A stretch of 64,000 nt of DNA from Bacteroidales bacterium (GTDB taxonomy: Bacteria; Bacteroidota; Bacteroidia; Bacteroidales; WCHB1-69). Below are positions 33,172-41,700 of this stretch, in pieces (within the stretch, counting starts at the first letter, position 1; each line of letters opens with the position of its first letter). The stretch spans positions 1,270 through 65,269 of the forward strand of contig JBGUPL010000081.1 of the NCBI GenBank assembly GCA_045130275.1, given 5' to 3'. Below the pieces are notes generated by a model that worked only from the letters and a program-made list of their open reading frames with translations, did not search any database and was not told where the DNA came from. Made by a program: the position numbers and the translations under genes.

Positions 33172-34182
33172 ATGCTGTTGCTGGCAGCACTGACTTTTTT
33201 TTTTAAGATAACTTTCGCCCAAGATTATCACTTTTCCCAATTTTATGCTAACCCGACAGGTGTGAATCCCGCATTGACGGCAGCTTTCGATGGCGTGGTG
33301 CGTGGTTCTGTCATTATGCGCTCACAATGGCTGGCGGTTTCCAAGCCGTTTATGACGATGGGCGCAGAGGTCGATGGCGCGGTCTATAAGAACCATCGAC
33401 GGCAGGAATTGTTGGGCCTCGGGCTCACGTTCAACGGCGACAAGGCCGGCGATGTGAATTATCGTTCCGTGCAGGCGGTGTTGTCAATGTCGTACATCAA
33501 AAACATTGGCCGCCACAGCCGTCACAAACTCGGACTGGGACTATACGGGGGCATCATCAATAACCATTTTGATGTGGATCCCAGTACATGGGATATGCAG
33601 TTCGTGGATGGTGTTTTCTATCCCTATCTTCCTAGTGGTGAGAATTTTGAGACAATCCAACGACTGTACGCGGATTTCGGCGCGGGAGCGTTTTGGAGCT
33701 TTTTGCCCACCAAGACGGTGCTCTTGCGGGCTGCAGTCAGTGCCTCGCATATCAACCGACCATTCTATGGCTTCGGGGAGAGCAATGCGCGGCTGCCCGT
33801 GAAGTACACCGCCCATTTCTATTCGCAGATTGCTCTTAGTCGCGAAATCTCTTTGTCTCCAATGTTTTACGCTTCCTGGCAACGTTCGCTCAGCGAGTAT
33901 TTGTTCGGATGTAATGTGGAATATTTCAACAAGAAAAACAGCTATACCACGCTTTATACGTTAGGCGGCGGACTCCTTTACCGATGGAATGATGCGCTGA
34001 TTTTCAATGGATTTGTGAGTTGGCAGAATCTCCGCTTCTCCATCGCATACGATGTCAATGTGTCGCCGTTTGTGGTGGCTACGCACGGGCGCGGCGGTCT
34101 GGAAATCGCCGTGTCTTACATTTTCAAGAAGAGGACTATTACGAGGATTGGGAAGGAACCGTGTCCGTATGACATTATGTAA
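33172..34182 (+). CDS. PorP/SprF-family type IX secretion membrane protein (in frame with rarA)
   Basis: Internal ATG at 33172 opens a signal peptide MLLLAALTFFFKITFAQ, followed by the family N-terminal motif DYHFSQFYANPTGVNPALTA. Confidence 0.75.
   Translation: MLLLAALTFFFKITFAQDYHFSQFYANPTGVNPALTAAFDGVVRGSVIMRSQWLAVSKPFMTMGAEVDGAVYKNHRRQELLGLGLTFNGDKAGDVNYRSVQAVLSMSYIKNIGRHSRHKLGLGLYGGIINNHFDVDPSTWDMQFVDGVFYPYLPSGENFETIQRLYADFGAGAFWSFLPTKTVLLRAAVSASHINRPFYGFGESNARLPVKYTAHFYSQIALSREISLSPMFYASWQRSLSEYLFGCNVEYFNKKNSYTTLYTLGGGLLYRWNDALIFNGFVSWQNLRFSIAYDVNVSPFVVATHGRGGLEIAVSYIFKKRTITRIGKEPCPYDIM
33195..33204 (+). repeat. T10 homopolymer in the PorP-like signal peptide codons
   Basis: ACT TTT TTT TTT AAG. 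Either +1 or -1 slippage creates an immediate TAA stop. Confidence 0.9.
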
Positions 34183-34279
34183 TGGTTAATGGTTAAAGGT
34201 TAAAGGTTAATGGTTAAAGGTTAATGGTTAAGGGTTAAGGGTTAAGGGTTAGTGTTTAAGGGTTAATGGTTAAGGGTTA
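34183..34279. repeat. heptad array (GGTTAAW / GGTTAAG)x~13
   Basis: Begins immediately after the TAA stop. Each unit carries TTAA, which places TAA on both strands. Confidence 0.9.
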
Positions 34280-34336
34280 TTCCTTGAGCGGCCCCGGTAG
34301 GGGCAAGAGTTCGGTAGGGCAGGTCGGAGGGTTAGC
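34280..34336 (+). repeat. REP-like half element TTCCTTGAGCGGCCCCGGTAGGGGCAAGAGTTCGGTAGGGCAGG
   Basis: GCCCC-GGTA-GGGGC hairpin plus the CGGTAG linker. Paralogues at 5264, 52458, 12108 and 30267. Confidence 0.75.
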
Positions 34337-34351
34337 AAATTCAAAGAGAAA

Positions 34352-35980
34352 ATGAAGAGCAAATCGTTTATAATAAGGAATTTATGTGTTGCCGTTATGG
34401 TGCTGTCCTTGTGGAATTCTGCTGGGGCTCAGAGCGGCGATGCATCTGTTCTGCCCACAACGGATTCTATTATCGTGACGATAAAACCCTTGCCTTCAGC
34501 CATAAATTCACATTTTTCGGAGTATGCTTGTCGGTTGTTGCCGGATTCCACTTTTTTGTTCACTTCTCTGCGCAACGATGCAGCTGAAGATCTTGAACAT
34601 TTCTTTGAAACCAACTGGTACTGTTATATTTACGAATCCAAAGCGATGCCGGAAAGGAGGTTCACGCCCGCAAAACCGCTGCCGTCGAGCGTTAATCATC
34701 CCAAGTATTTCAACAGCAATTTCTGTCTGAGTGAGGATGGGCAGCGGATGATTTTGACGCGTTGTGTGCGGGTAGGGGAGGGCGATTTGCACTGCGACCT
34801 GTGGCATACGGAAAAAGGTGGAAAAGGTTGGCAAAAGCCCAAACGGTTGCCTTCGGTTGTCAATGAAAACAACAGTTCCACGATGCAACCATGGCTGGTG
34901 CAAACATCTGATTATGAGATACTTTACTTTGTGTCTGACCGCCCTGGCGGGTACGGGAAGACCGATATTTGGTATTCTATTTTCAAAAACGGACATTTTC
35001 AGGAACCGGTCAACCTCGGGCCAATCATAAATACAGAAGGTGATGAGGTTACCCCGTTTTACGACAAAACCCATAATATGCTCTATTTCAGTTCTGACGA
35101 ACATCACAGCATGGGCGACTTCGATATTTTTTGCAGTGAGGGCGCTTTGGGAGGATGGCGGCCTGTACAACACCTTGACAAACCGTTTAATTCTGTCTAT
35201 AATGATTTTTATTTTGTTGTAAATCAGGATAATACAACCGGTTTTTTCTCTTCTAACCGTCCGTATCGCGATGTGGTGAGCGATGACACTTGTTGTAACG
35301 ATATTTTCTATGTGGATTGGAAACTTCCTGAGAAAGAGACTATTGTCGCCGAAACGCTCCCTACCGTTCATGAAAAAATCGCCTCTGTGCTGCCGATCAC
35401 GCTCTATTTCCAAAACGACTGTCCCGACCCGAAGTCTGTTTCCGACACTACCGCCAAAGACTATTTGGAATTATATAACACCTATATCGGTGATATTCAG
35501 GAATATATCCACAAGTCTGGCGAAGGATTGTCAGGTGAAGAGCAGCGCCGGGCCATGTACGCAGTGGCGGGGTTCATGTGCGACTCCGTGCAAACAGGCT
35601 ATGCACGTTTACAGCTTCTGCAACAGTATCTTACAGAAGCGATGGCGAACGGCGACACTGTGGATTTGGTCATCAGTGGATTTGCCAGTCCGTTGCATAA
35701 CAGCGAATATAACAAGCATTTATCTTCCCGAAGAATTGTCAGTCTGCTGAATTATTTGAAAAAGGCCGACAATGGGGTACTGGTCCCATATATTACAGGA
35801 AAGAAATCGGGACTGCGGTTGTATGTTTATCCGGAAGGGGCTGTGAATCACTCTTTTGAGACCGATGAGGTACGCGAGACGGTTTTTGGTTTGCGTGCCG
35901 CCAAGGACCGTAAGATTATTATTGCCAGTCCTGTCAAAAACAACGCGACCAACCATCCGCAGAAGATATCGAACGGGTAA
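34352..35980 (+). CDS. periplasmic PD40/WD40-like repeat protein with OmpA-like C-terminal domain
   Basis: Signal peptide and TolB-like PD40 repeats (DIWYSIFKNGHFQEPVNLGPIINTEGDEVTPFY). OmpA-like end (ISGFASPLHNSEYNKHLSSRRIVS). The usual partner of PorP-family genes. Confidence 0.7.
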   Translation: MKSKSFIIRNLCVAVMVLSLWNSAGAQSGDASVLPTTDSIIVTIKPLPSAINSHFSEYACRLLPDSTFLFTSLRNDAAEDLEHFFETNWYCYIYESKAMPERRFTPAKPLPSSVNHPKYFNSNFCLSEDGQRMILTRCVRVGEGDLHCDLWHTEKGGKGWQKPKRLPSVVNENNSSTMQPWLVQTSDYEILYFVSDRPGGYGKTDIWYSIFKNGHFQEPVNLGPIINTEGDEVTPFYDKTHNMLYFSSDEHHSMGDFDIFCSEGALGGWRPVQHLDKPFNSVYNDFYFVVNQDNTTGFFSSNRPYRDVVSDDTCCNDIFYVDWKLPEKETIVAETLPTVHEKIASVLPITLYFQNDCPDPKSVSDTTAKDYLELYNTYIGDIQEYIHKSGEGLSGEEQRRAMYAVAGFMCDSVQTGYARLQLLQQYLTEAMANGDTVDLVISGFASPLHNSEYNKHLSSRRIVSLLNYLKKADNGVLVPYITGKKSGLRLYVYPEGAVNHSFETDEVRETVFGLRAAKDRKIIIASPVKNNATNHPQKISNG

Positions 35981-36492
35981 TGTACACCCACATAAATGCG
36001 ACTGTAGCAGGTCAGCAGGGTGACTCCGAAGACGAAAAGCGCTAACAGCCAGCGCCTTCTGACTTTCGTCCCAAGAAAGTAGAAGAAAAGCAGCGAAGAG
36101 GTCAGATAGTTGATGGCGTGGTTCGACGGACAGCTGTAACGGCCTCCGTAGTAGTAAGTTCCGTCTTTTTTCTGAAGCAGATGCACCTGATGATCGCCAT
36201 GATATTCAAAGTCGTGCGAAGGGCGTAACCGTTTTACCGTGGGCTTGAGGACACGGGCACCTATCGTGTCAGCCAGCAAGGTTACCACGGCAATGGTGAG
36301 CAAAATTTTCCATGATTGTTTCCGGTAAAACCAGACGACCAATGCAGACAGAATCAGAAAGAAAACAATCCCGAATTGTGCGCTGGTAATTACCCACATC
36401 ACTTTGTCCCAGAAAGGCGAGTTATGGCTGTTGATGAGCTGGAACAGGCTTTTGTCCCAGTCGAATGCGGAAGAGTGGAAAAGTTCAGTCAT
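35848..36492 (-). CDS. PAP2-family phosphatase
   Basis: Motifs KPTVKRLRP, CPSNH and SRIYVGVHYPFD. Confidence 0.8.
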   Translation of the reverse strand: MTELFHSSAFDWDKSLFQLINSHNSPFWDKVMWVITSAQFGIVFFLILSALVVWFYRKQSWKILLTIAVVTLLADTIGARVLKPTVKRLRPSHDFEYHGDHQVHLLQKKDGTYYYGGRYSCPSNHAINYLTSSLLFFYFLGTKVRRRWLLALFVFGVTLLTCYSRIYVGVHYPFDIFCGWLVALFLTGLAIIILRSLAARKPKTVSRTSSVSKE

Positions 36493-36500
36493 TTATGAAT

Positions 36501-36543
36501 GGTTATTGGTTGTTGAGGGTTAGAAGGTTAGAGGGTTAGAAGG
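36501..36543. repeat. heptad array, GGTTAKW/GGTTAGA flavour
   Basis: GGTTATT GGTTGTT GAGGGTTAGAA GGTTAGAG GGTTAGAAGG. Covers the GtrA stop codon. Confidence 0.7.
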
Positions 36544-36919
36544 TGAAGAAATAGTTCATCGTGAAATTCCAAATGGTGACGACGCCGATGGCGAATATTT
36601 TGGCGAGGTAGAAGTTCCATTTCAATTTTCCGTGTAATAGATAGATTGTTAAATTATTGATTATAAGTCCAATAACAGAGATTAAAAAGAATTTACCGTA
36701 TTCAATGGGAATGTTCGTGTTGGTGCTTTGGAAGGTCCAAAGCCGATTCCAAAGGTAGTTGTTGGTGGCGGCGAGGATGAATCCGAGGGAGTTGGAGATG
36801 TACTTGTTCCAGCCGAATTTCTCTTTGCAGAGCCATGTGACGCCGAAATCGACCACCATGCCCGAAAAGCCGACCACGCAGAACTTCAAAAATTTGAGTA
36901 TCAATGTTTTGTCTAACAT
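36536..36919 (-). CDS. GtrA-family membrane protein
   Basis: 127 aa with 4 TM helices. Starts FLKFCVVGFSGMVVDFG. Confidence 0.75.
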   Translation of the reverse strand: MLDKTLILKFLKFCVVGFSGMVVDFGVTWLCKEKFGWNKYISNSLGFILAATNNYLWNRLWTFQSTNTNIPIEYGKFFLISVIGLIINNLTIYLLHGKLKWNFYLAKIFAIGVVTIWNFTMNYFFTF

Positions 36920-38581
36920 CTATCTGGGTTCTTTGATCTTTAGAGGCTTGCTGTTCGCCGACCGGCATACGAGGTTGTCCACGCAGATGACTAAAGGAGC
37001 GTCGGGAATGTACGGCACTTTGGTCGCAATTTTCACACTTCCGCCAGCGGGAATCACGATGTTGTCGGGTATGGGGCAGGTGATGGCATAGGATTCGTTT
37101 TCAAGCTTGTAAACAACATGTAACGTAACGGGCAGTTCGGGATGCGCGAAAATGAACGGTTGATCGTAGGTGTTGTGCAAAGTCAGTTTCAGATTCAGCG
37201 AATCGTTTTGCAAATGGTATTCGTCAACTTCCACGTCAATTCTGTTTGCTCCCTGGAAATTGTTTATTTTCAATAAGTTATATTCTTTGTTGCTGCAGTT
37301 GTAAATAATCTTGGTTTTTTCTTCTGGATAGGGTATTTTATAATTTGCGGGTTCAAGCACATATACCGGTTTGCCTTGGTATTTTCTGTCGAACTGCCAG
37401 ATGTCGAACTGTGTGCGGCGATTGTAAACCGAGCTCAGCGCGGTTGTCTCATGGCCGGTGTGGAACCAATACACAGAGGGGATCTGAAACGAACTTGCGA
37501 ACAGCACTGGAGTGTTGTCGCCGGGAGTAATTTGGTCATAGAAAAACGAACATCCCTCCAAAATATCGTACTTCTCATCTCCGAGAAGCGGGATGAATGG
37601 ACGTGAAACAAGGAAGAGGACGGAGATGGGAATAAGGGCGAAATTCACCCATTTGACCCATCGTTCGTTGCAAAGTTCAGTGAAAAGGAGGAGAATCATG
37701 GGGACTGTCGCGGCCATGGTCCAATGCGGTTCGGCGTGCCCTTTGCCGGTCATCACCCAGAAGAAAACGAGGAATCCGATAACGGTGAAACCGCATGCGC
37801 GCAAAAACTTATCGCGCGTGTGGCGGTTTTTCCAACAAAACCAAATCGCAAGGATCAAGCATATCGGGTTGCAGACCATAAGCTGGAGCGGCAGATATTC
37901 CAGCATGTATTGGATTTTGAATGTCGTGTTCCGTTCTATCAGATGGTATTGAAAACTCGGAAAACCGTGGTGGATCTGCCACAAGATATGGGGTAAGAAC
38001 AGAACGAGCGCCAGGAAGCCCGCAACGAGAATCTTCGGGTCTTTCAGCAGACGCAGGTTGGAAAGGAGCACGAAAGACACCACCAAAACTGCCATGTATT
38101 TGCTGTAAAGCATGGCCGCTATGGTGATGGCGAGGAAGATAGCGAGCTTCCAACTCGGCCTTTTGACATATTTTTTATATAGCAGGAAGAACAGTGCGGT
38201 GAAGAAGAGCATCGGGGCGTCCGGGCTAGTGATAAAGCCGTAGATGATGAATATCGGGATGGAAGCAGCAATCGCGAAAAAGGTGACGACAGCGCGGTTG
38301 GTGGTGAGTTTTTCTTCAATGGAAATGCCTAATAGCAAGACTGTTGCACCATGTAGCAGGACGGTCAGAAACCGGATGGAGAGGTAGCCTTTGAAGAGGA
38401 GACTGCTCAAGAAGGTCATCAGGGCCACCATGGGCGGGTGGTCGTAGTAGCCCCAGTCAAGAAACTTGCCGTAGAGGGCGTAGTATGCCTCGTCGGCGTG
38501 CAGGGGGGTGACGATGGCCTGAAACAGGTCCACTAACACCCAAAGTGCCAACAAGATATAGAACAGTTTTTGCGGTTTCAT
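36920..38581 (-). CDS. ArnT/PMT-like glycosyltransferase (GT39/GT83-type, polytopic)
   Basis: HADEAYYALYGKFLDWGYYDHPPM N-terminal motif and about 11 TM helices. Confidence 0.75.
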   Translation of the reverse strand: MKPQKLFYILLALWVLVDLFQAIVTPLHADEAYYALYGKFLDWGYYDHPPMVALMTFLSSLLFKGYLSIRFLTVLLHGATVLLLGISIEEKLTTNRAVVTFFAIAASIPIFIIYGFITSPDAPMLFFTALFFLLYKKYVKRPSWKLAIFLAITIAAMLYSKYMAVLVVSFVLLSNLRLLKDPKILVAGFLALVLFLPHILWQIHHGFPSFQYHLIERNTTFKIQYMLEYLPLQLMVCNPICLILAIWFCWKNRHTRDKFLRACGFTVIGFLVFFWVMTGKGHAEPHWTMAATVPMILLLFTELCNERWVKWVNFALIPISVLFLVSRPFIPLLGDEKYDILEGCSFFYDQITPGDNTPVLFASSFQIPSVYWFHTGHETTALSSVYNRRTQFDIWQFDRKYQGKPVYVLEPANYKIPYPEEKTKIIYNCSNKEYNLLKINNFQGANRIDVEVDEYHLQNDSLNLKLTLHNTYDQPFIFAHPELPVTLHVVYKLENESYAITCPIPDNIVIPAGGSVKIATKVPYIPDAPLVICVDNLVCRSANSKPLKIKEPR

Positions 38582-38601
38582 AACGGCGGCAAAAATACAT
38601 A

Positions 38602-38639
38602 AAAAATGTGGAGACGATTAATATCATCTCCACATTTTT
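38602..38639 (-). terminator. intrinsic terminator after tRNA-Cys
   Basis: AAAAATGTGGAGA-loop-TCTCCACATTTTT, a perfect 13-bp stem flanked by A and T runs. Confidence 0.8.
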
Positions 38640-38640
38640 G

Positions 38641-38711
38641 AGGTCTCGTCCAGATTCGAACTGGAGTCAACGGTTTTGCAGACCGGTACCTAACCACTCG
38701 GCCACGAGACC
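38641..38711 (-). tRNA. tRNA-Cys (GCA)
   Basis: Hand-folded cloverleaf. Acceptor GGTCTCG/CGAGACC, anticodon loop CTGCAAA, T-arm TCCAG-TTCGAAT-CTGGA, discriminator U73 and a G13:A22 mismatch typical of tRNA-Cys. No encoded CCA. Confidence 0.9.
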
Positions 38712-38725
38712 TTGATTTTGAGCGG

Positions 38726-38733
38726 CAAAAATA
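38726..38733 (-). promoter_or_regulatory. -7 promoter box TATTTTTG (reverse strand) for tRNA-Cys
   Basis: 15 nt upstream of the mature tRNA 5' end. Confidence 0.5.
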
Positions 38734-38791
38734 CACTTTTTTTTGATACGCCAAGCAGGGTGCGAGAAATATTTTTTCTCAAGATGTATTT

Positions 38792-38850
38792 CCCGCAGAA
38801 CCTGCATATTTACGAGGGTGTATTCTGCGCAAATTTGCGAGTTCTGCGGG
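38792..38850 (-). terminator. long hairpin downstream of pyrI
   Basis: CCCGCAGAAC...GTTCTGCGGG 10-bp stem with an inner CGCAAATTTGCG palindrome. Confidence 0.55.
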
Positions 38851-38882
38851 AAAATCAATATGAGTCGGAAGATGATACGTCC

Positions 38883-39317
38883 CTATTTCACCGGGTACGG
38901 CACCACGATATCGTCGCAGTACTCACAGCGGTAGGAGCGTTTCTCCTTGTCAACGAGGTGGAATACATGCGGGAAGTAGTGCTCCACGGAGGTGACGCAG
39001 CGCGGGTTTTTGCAACGGATGATATTTTCCACGCGGTCGGGCACTTCCAGTTTCACTTTCTTGATGGTCTTCCCCTCCTCGATGATGTTCACCGTGGCGT
39101 TCGGGTCGATCAAACCGAGGAAGTCGTAGTTGATGTCGATGACATTGTTGATTTTGATGATGTCTTTCTTTCCCATCTTTTCGCTGTAGGCGTTGCAGAT
39201 GAGCGCGACATTATAATCGGCCTTGTCAAGGTTCAGATAATTGAACACTTGGATGCCGTAGCCGGCGGTAATGTGGTCGATGACAATACCTTTTTCTATA
39301 CTGGTGATTTCTAACAT
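38883..39317 (-). CDS. pyrI: aspartate carbamoyltransferase regulatory subunit
   Basis: Start set at MLEITSIEKGIVIDHI. Zinc domain CKNPRCV...CEYC. The upstream part of the track ORF (FKFKSKFKFKSKSK) is translated repeat. Confidence 0.85.
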   Translation of the reverse strand: MLEITSIEKGIVIDHITAGYGIQVFNYLNLDKADYNVALICNAYSEKMGKKDIIKINNVIDINYDFLGLIDPNATVNIIEEGKTIKKVKLEVPDRVENIIRCKNPRCVTSVEHYFPHVFHLVDKEKRSYRCEYCDDIVVPYPVK

Positions 39318-39333
39318 GATGATTTTTTCTTTT

Positions 39334-39373
39334 GACTTAGACTTAAACTTAAACTTAGACTTAAACTTAAACC
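39334..39373. repeat. hexamer array (ACTTAG ACTTAA ACTTAA)x2
   Basis: 6-bp units with an 18-bp super-period in the pyrB-pyrI spacer. Confidence 0.8.
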
Positions 39374-39414
39374 AGTGACCATTGACTATATTCCATTCCA
39401 ACAAACACACAATT

Positions 39415-39434
39415 CACTGATCACTGATCACTGA
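39415..39434. repeat. heptad array (CACTGAT)x3
   Basis: Located directly after the pyrB stop. Confidence 0.75.
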
Positions 39435-39438
39435 AAAC

Positions 39439-40362
39439 TTAATAAATGCCTAAAAGTTTCAAGATCAACGCCATACGCACATACATGCCGTTTTTGGCTT
39501 GTTGGAAGTATTGCGCTCTGGGATCGTCATCGACTTCGGTGCTGATTTCGTTGACGCGCGGCAGCGGGTGCAGGATGTAGGTGTCGGGACGGGCGTAGGA
39601 CATCTTCTCCTTGTCGAGGATGAAGCGGTCTTTCAGGCGGATGTAGTCCTCTTCGTTAAAGAAGCGTTCGCGTTGGACACGGGTCATGTAGAGGAAGTCG
39701 AGTTGGTTCATATAGGGCTCCATTTGATCAACCTCTTCGAAGGGGATGCCTTTTTTGCGGACTACTTCCTCGCGGATGTATTCCGGCACGCGCAGTTCCT
39801 CGGGGGAGATGAAGATGAAGCGGACACCCTCGTAGTTGCTGAGGAACTTGACGAGGGAGTGCACGGTGCGGCCGAACTTGAGATCACCGCAGAAACCGTA
39901 GGTTTTGTTTTCCACACTTCCACGAAGCCGTTCGATGGTGAGGATGTCGGTGAGGGTTTGTGTGGGGTGCTGGTGGCCGCCGTCGCCGGCGTTGATCAAC
40001 GGCATGTGGATGTAGTGGCTGGCCAGACGCGGGGCGCCCTCCTTGGGATGACGCATCGCCGCGATGTCGGCGTAGCATTCCACGGTGCGGAGTGTGTCAG
40101 CGATGCTCTCACCCTTCGCGGTGGACGAGGACGCGGCTTCGGAGAAACCGATGACCTGGCCGCCCAAACGCAGCATGGCCGTCTCGAAACTTAGGCGCGT
40201 ACGGGTGCTCGGCTCATAAAAAAGAGTTGCCAGGATCTTGCCTTCGCAACTCTTGCTGTACTTCGCCGGATCGGCGATGATCTGGTGACCCAAATCGAAA
40301 ATTTCGCGGAATTCCTCGCGCGTGAAATCGTTCGGGTCGATCAAACTTCTGTTTTTTAACAT
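39439..40362 (-). CDS. pyrB: aspartate carbamoyltransferase catalytic subunit
   Basis: STRTR, HPTQ and HPLPR motifs. Confidence 0.92.
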   Translation of the reverse strand: MLKNRSLIDPNDFTREEFREIFDLGHQIIADPAKYSKSCEGKILATLFYEPSTRTRLSFETAMLRLGGQVIGFSEAASSSTAKGESIADTLRTVECYADIAAMRHPKEGAPRLASHYIHMPLINAGDGGHQHPTQTLTDILTIERLRGSVENKTYGFCGDLKFGRTVHSLVKFLSNYEGVRFIFISPEELRVPEYIREEVVRKKGIPFEEVDQMEPYMNQLDFLYMTRVQRERFFNEEDYIRLKDRFILDKEKMSYARPDTYILHPLPRVNEISTEVDDDPRAQYFQQAKNGMYVRMALILKLLGIY

Positions 40363-40656
40363 AATAAACCTCCTATATTTTTAATAATTAACTACTTCCA
40401 CACTTCGCATCGGCTTTTTTCTCCCCTTAATTTACCAAAACTAAAACCAATGCAAAAATAATATTTTTTTATGTTGTTGGCTGCCGGGGCAAAAAAAAAT
40501 GTTGTGCCGAGTATTGGTCGAATGAAAATAGGTAACAATGGAACAATTTTTGTCGTTTTAAGGACATTGCCATCTCACAAAAGGATGTATTTTTGCAATT
40601 TCTTTTTTTTGTATGGCTTTTTTATGAAAATACGCTTTGTCATAGATACTTACGGA

Positions 40657-41607
40657 ATGAAAATCAAGCTGATGCTGGTGTTTTCTCTACTCTCTTTTTC
40701 TCTCCTTGCGCAGGAAAAAGTAGAGTATTTGCCTTATGGAAAAATGGATTCCTGGACAGTGCGCTACATAAAGGAGTCGATTTTGCTAGGCGGCAAAACA
40801 CGTGCTTTGTATGTCATCGCTAAGACGGACACCATCCGCCAGAACAAGCCCTACCCTTATGGAAAGAACGGTTCCCCGTGGGCGACGAGTAATGCTTATG
40901 CCAGAGTTTGCGGAGTGGAGAAGGCTGCCGTGTCAGTCACTCCGGAGCGTCGGGGCAACGGCTATTGCTGCAAATTGGAAACTTCCCTGCAGACAGTCAA
41001 GGCCGTTGGCATTGATCTCAAAGCCCTTGCTACCGGAAGCTTGTTTATGGGGCGGCTTCTTGATCCGGTGACATTGGAAGGCATCAAAGTGCCGATGAAA
41101 GCCATCGATATGGGTGTGCCTTTCACGAAGCGCCCAGTTGCGCTTTTACTTGATTACAAAGCCGTTATCCAACAGGGAAAACCGATGGTCCATGCCACAG
41201 GCTCCACAAAAGTGACTACTGTCCAAGGGCAAGACTCTGGTGAAATCGTCCTGTTTCTACAGCATCGTTGGGAGGATGCCAACGGCAATATTTTCGCTTA
41301 TCGGGTGGGAACGGCGACGGAACGCATCACCAAAAGCATCCCCAACTGGGAGAACAATCACCGTCTGCCCATACGCTATGGCGACATCACCCATTCCCCA
41401 GATTTCAAGTCTTGGGAGAAATTAGCCAAGGACCGTTTCATGGCTCGCAATTCGAAAGGAAAGATGGTGCCCGTGCAAGAAGTTGGCTTCAAGGCGGATG
41501 CGACACCCACACATATCATTCTGCAAATCTCCGCAGGTTGCCAGGAACCATTCACAGGCTGTCCCGGCAACGTGGTTTGGTGCGACAATATCCGGTTGGT
41601 GTACTGA
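40657..41607 (+). CDS. PCMD-like (putative carbohydrate metabolism domain) secreted protein
   Basis: Start set at MKIKLMLVFSLLSFSLLAQ, downstream of the TATTTTTG box at 40588-40595. The family call comes from overall pattern only. Confidence 0.5.
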   Translation: MKIKLMLVFSLLSFSLLAQEKVEYLPYGKMDSWTVRYIKESILLGGKTRALYVIAKTDTIRQNKPYPYGKNGSPWATSNAYARVCGVEKAAVSVTPERRGNGYCCKLETSLQTVKAVGIDLKALATGSLFMGRLLDPVTLEGIKVPMKAIDMGVPFTKRPVALLLDYKAVIQQGKPMVHATGSTKVTTVQGQDSGEIVLFLQHRWEDANGNIFAYRVGTATERITKSIPNWENNHRLPIRYGDITHSPDFKSWEKLAKDRFMARNSKGKMVPVQEVGFKADATPTHIILQISAGCQEPFTGCPGNVVWCDNIRLVY

Positions 41608-41668
41608 TTTGCGCCTCTTTGCCAGCCAGCGATTAGCTATAACCGTAGCCCCCGACCTCAAAAAATCG

Positions 41669-41676
41669 TATCTTTG
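41669..41676 (+). promoter_or_regulatory. -7 promoter box TATCTTTG
   Basis: 25 nt upstream of the ATG at 41701. Confidence 0.6.
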
Positions 41677-41700
41677 CCGACAGATATTTAGATTCGCTAT

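Noticed and set aside
40363-40470. Pyrimidine-responsive attenuator in the pyrBI leader
   Set aside because: The leader is about 90 nt after a TATTTTTG box. I could find no convincing terminator/antiterminator pair or U-rich pause site.
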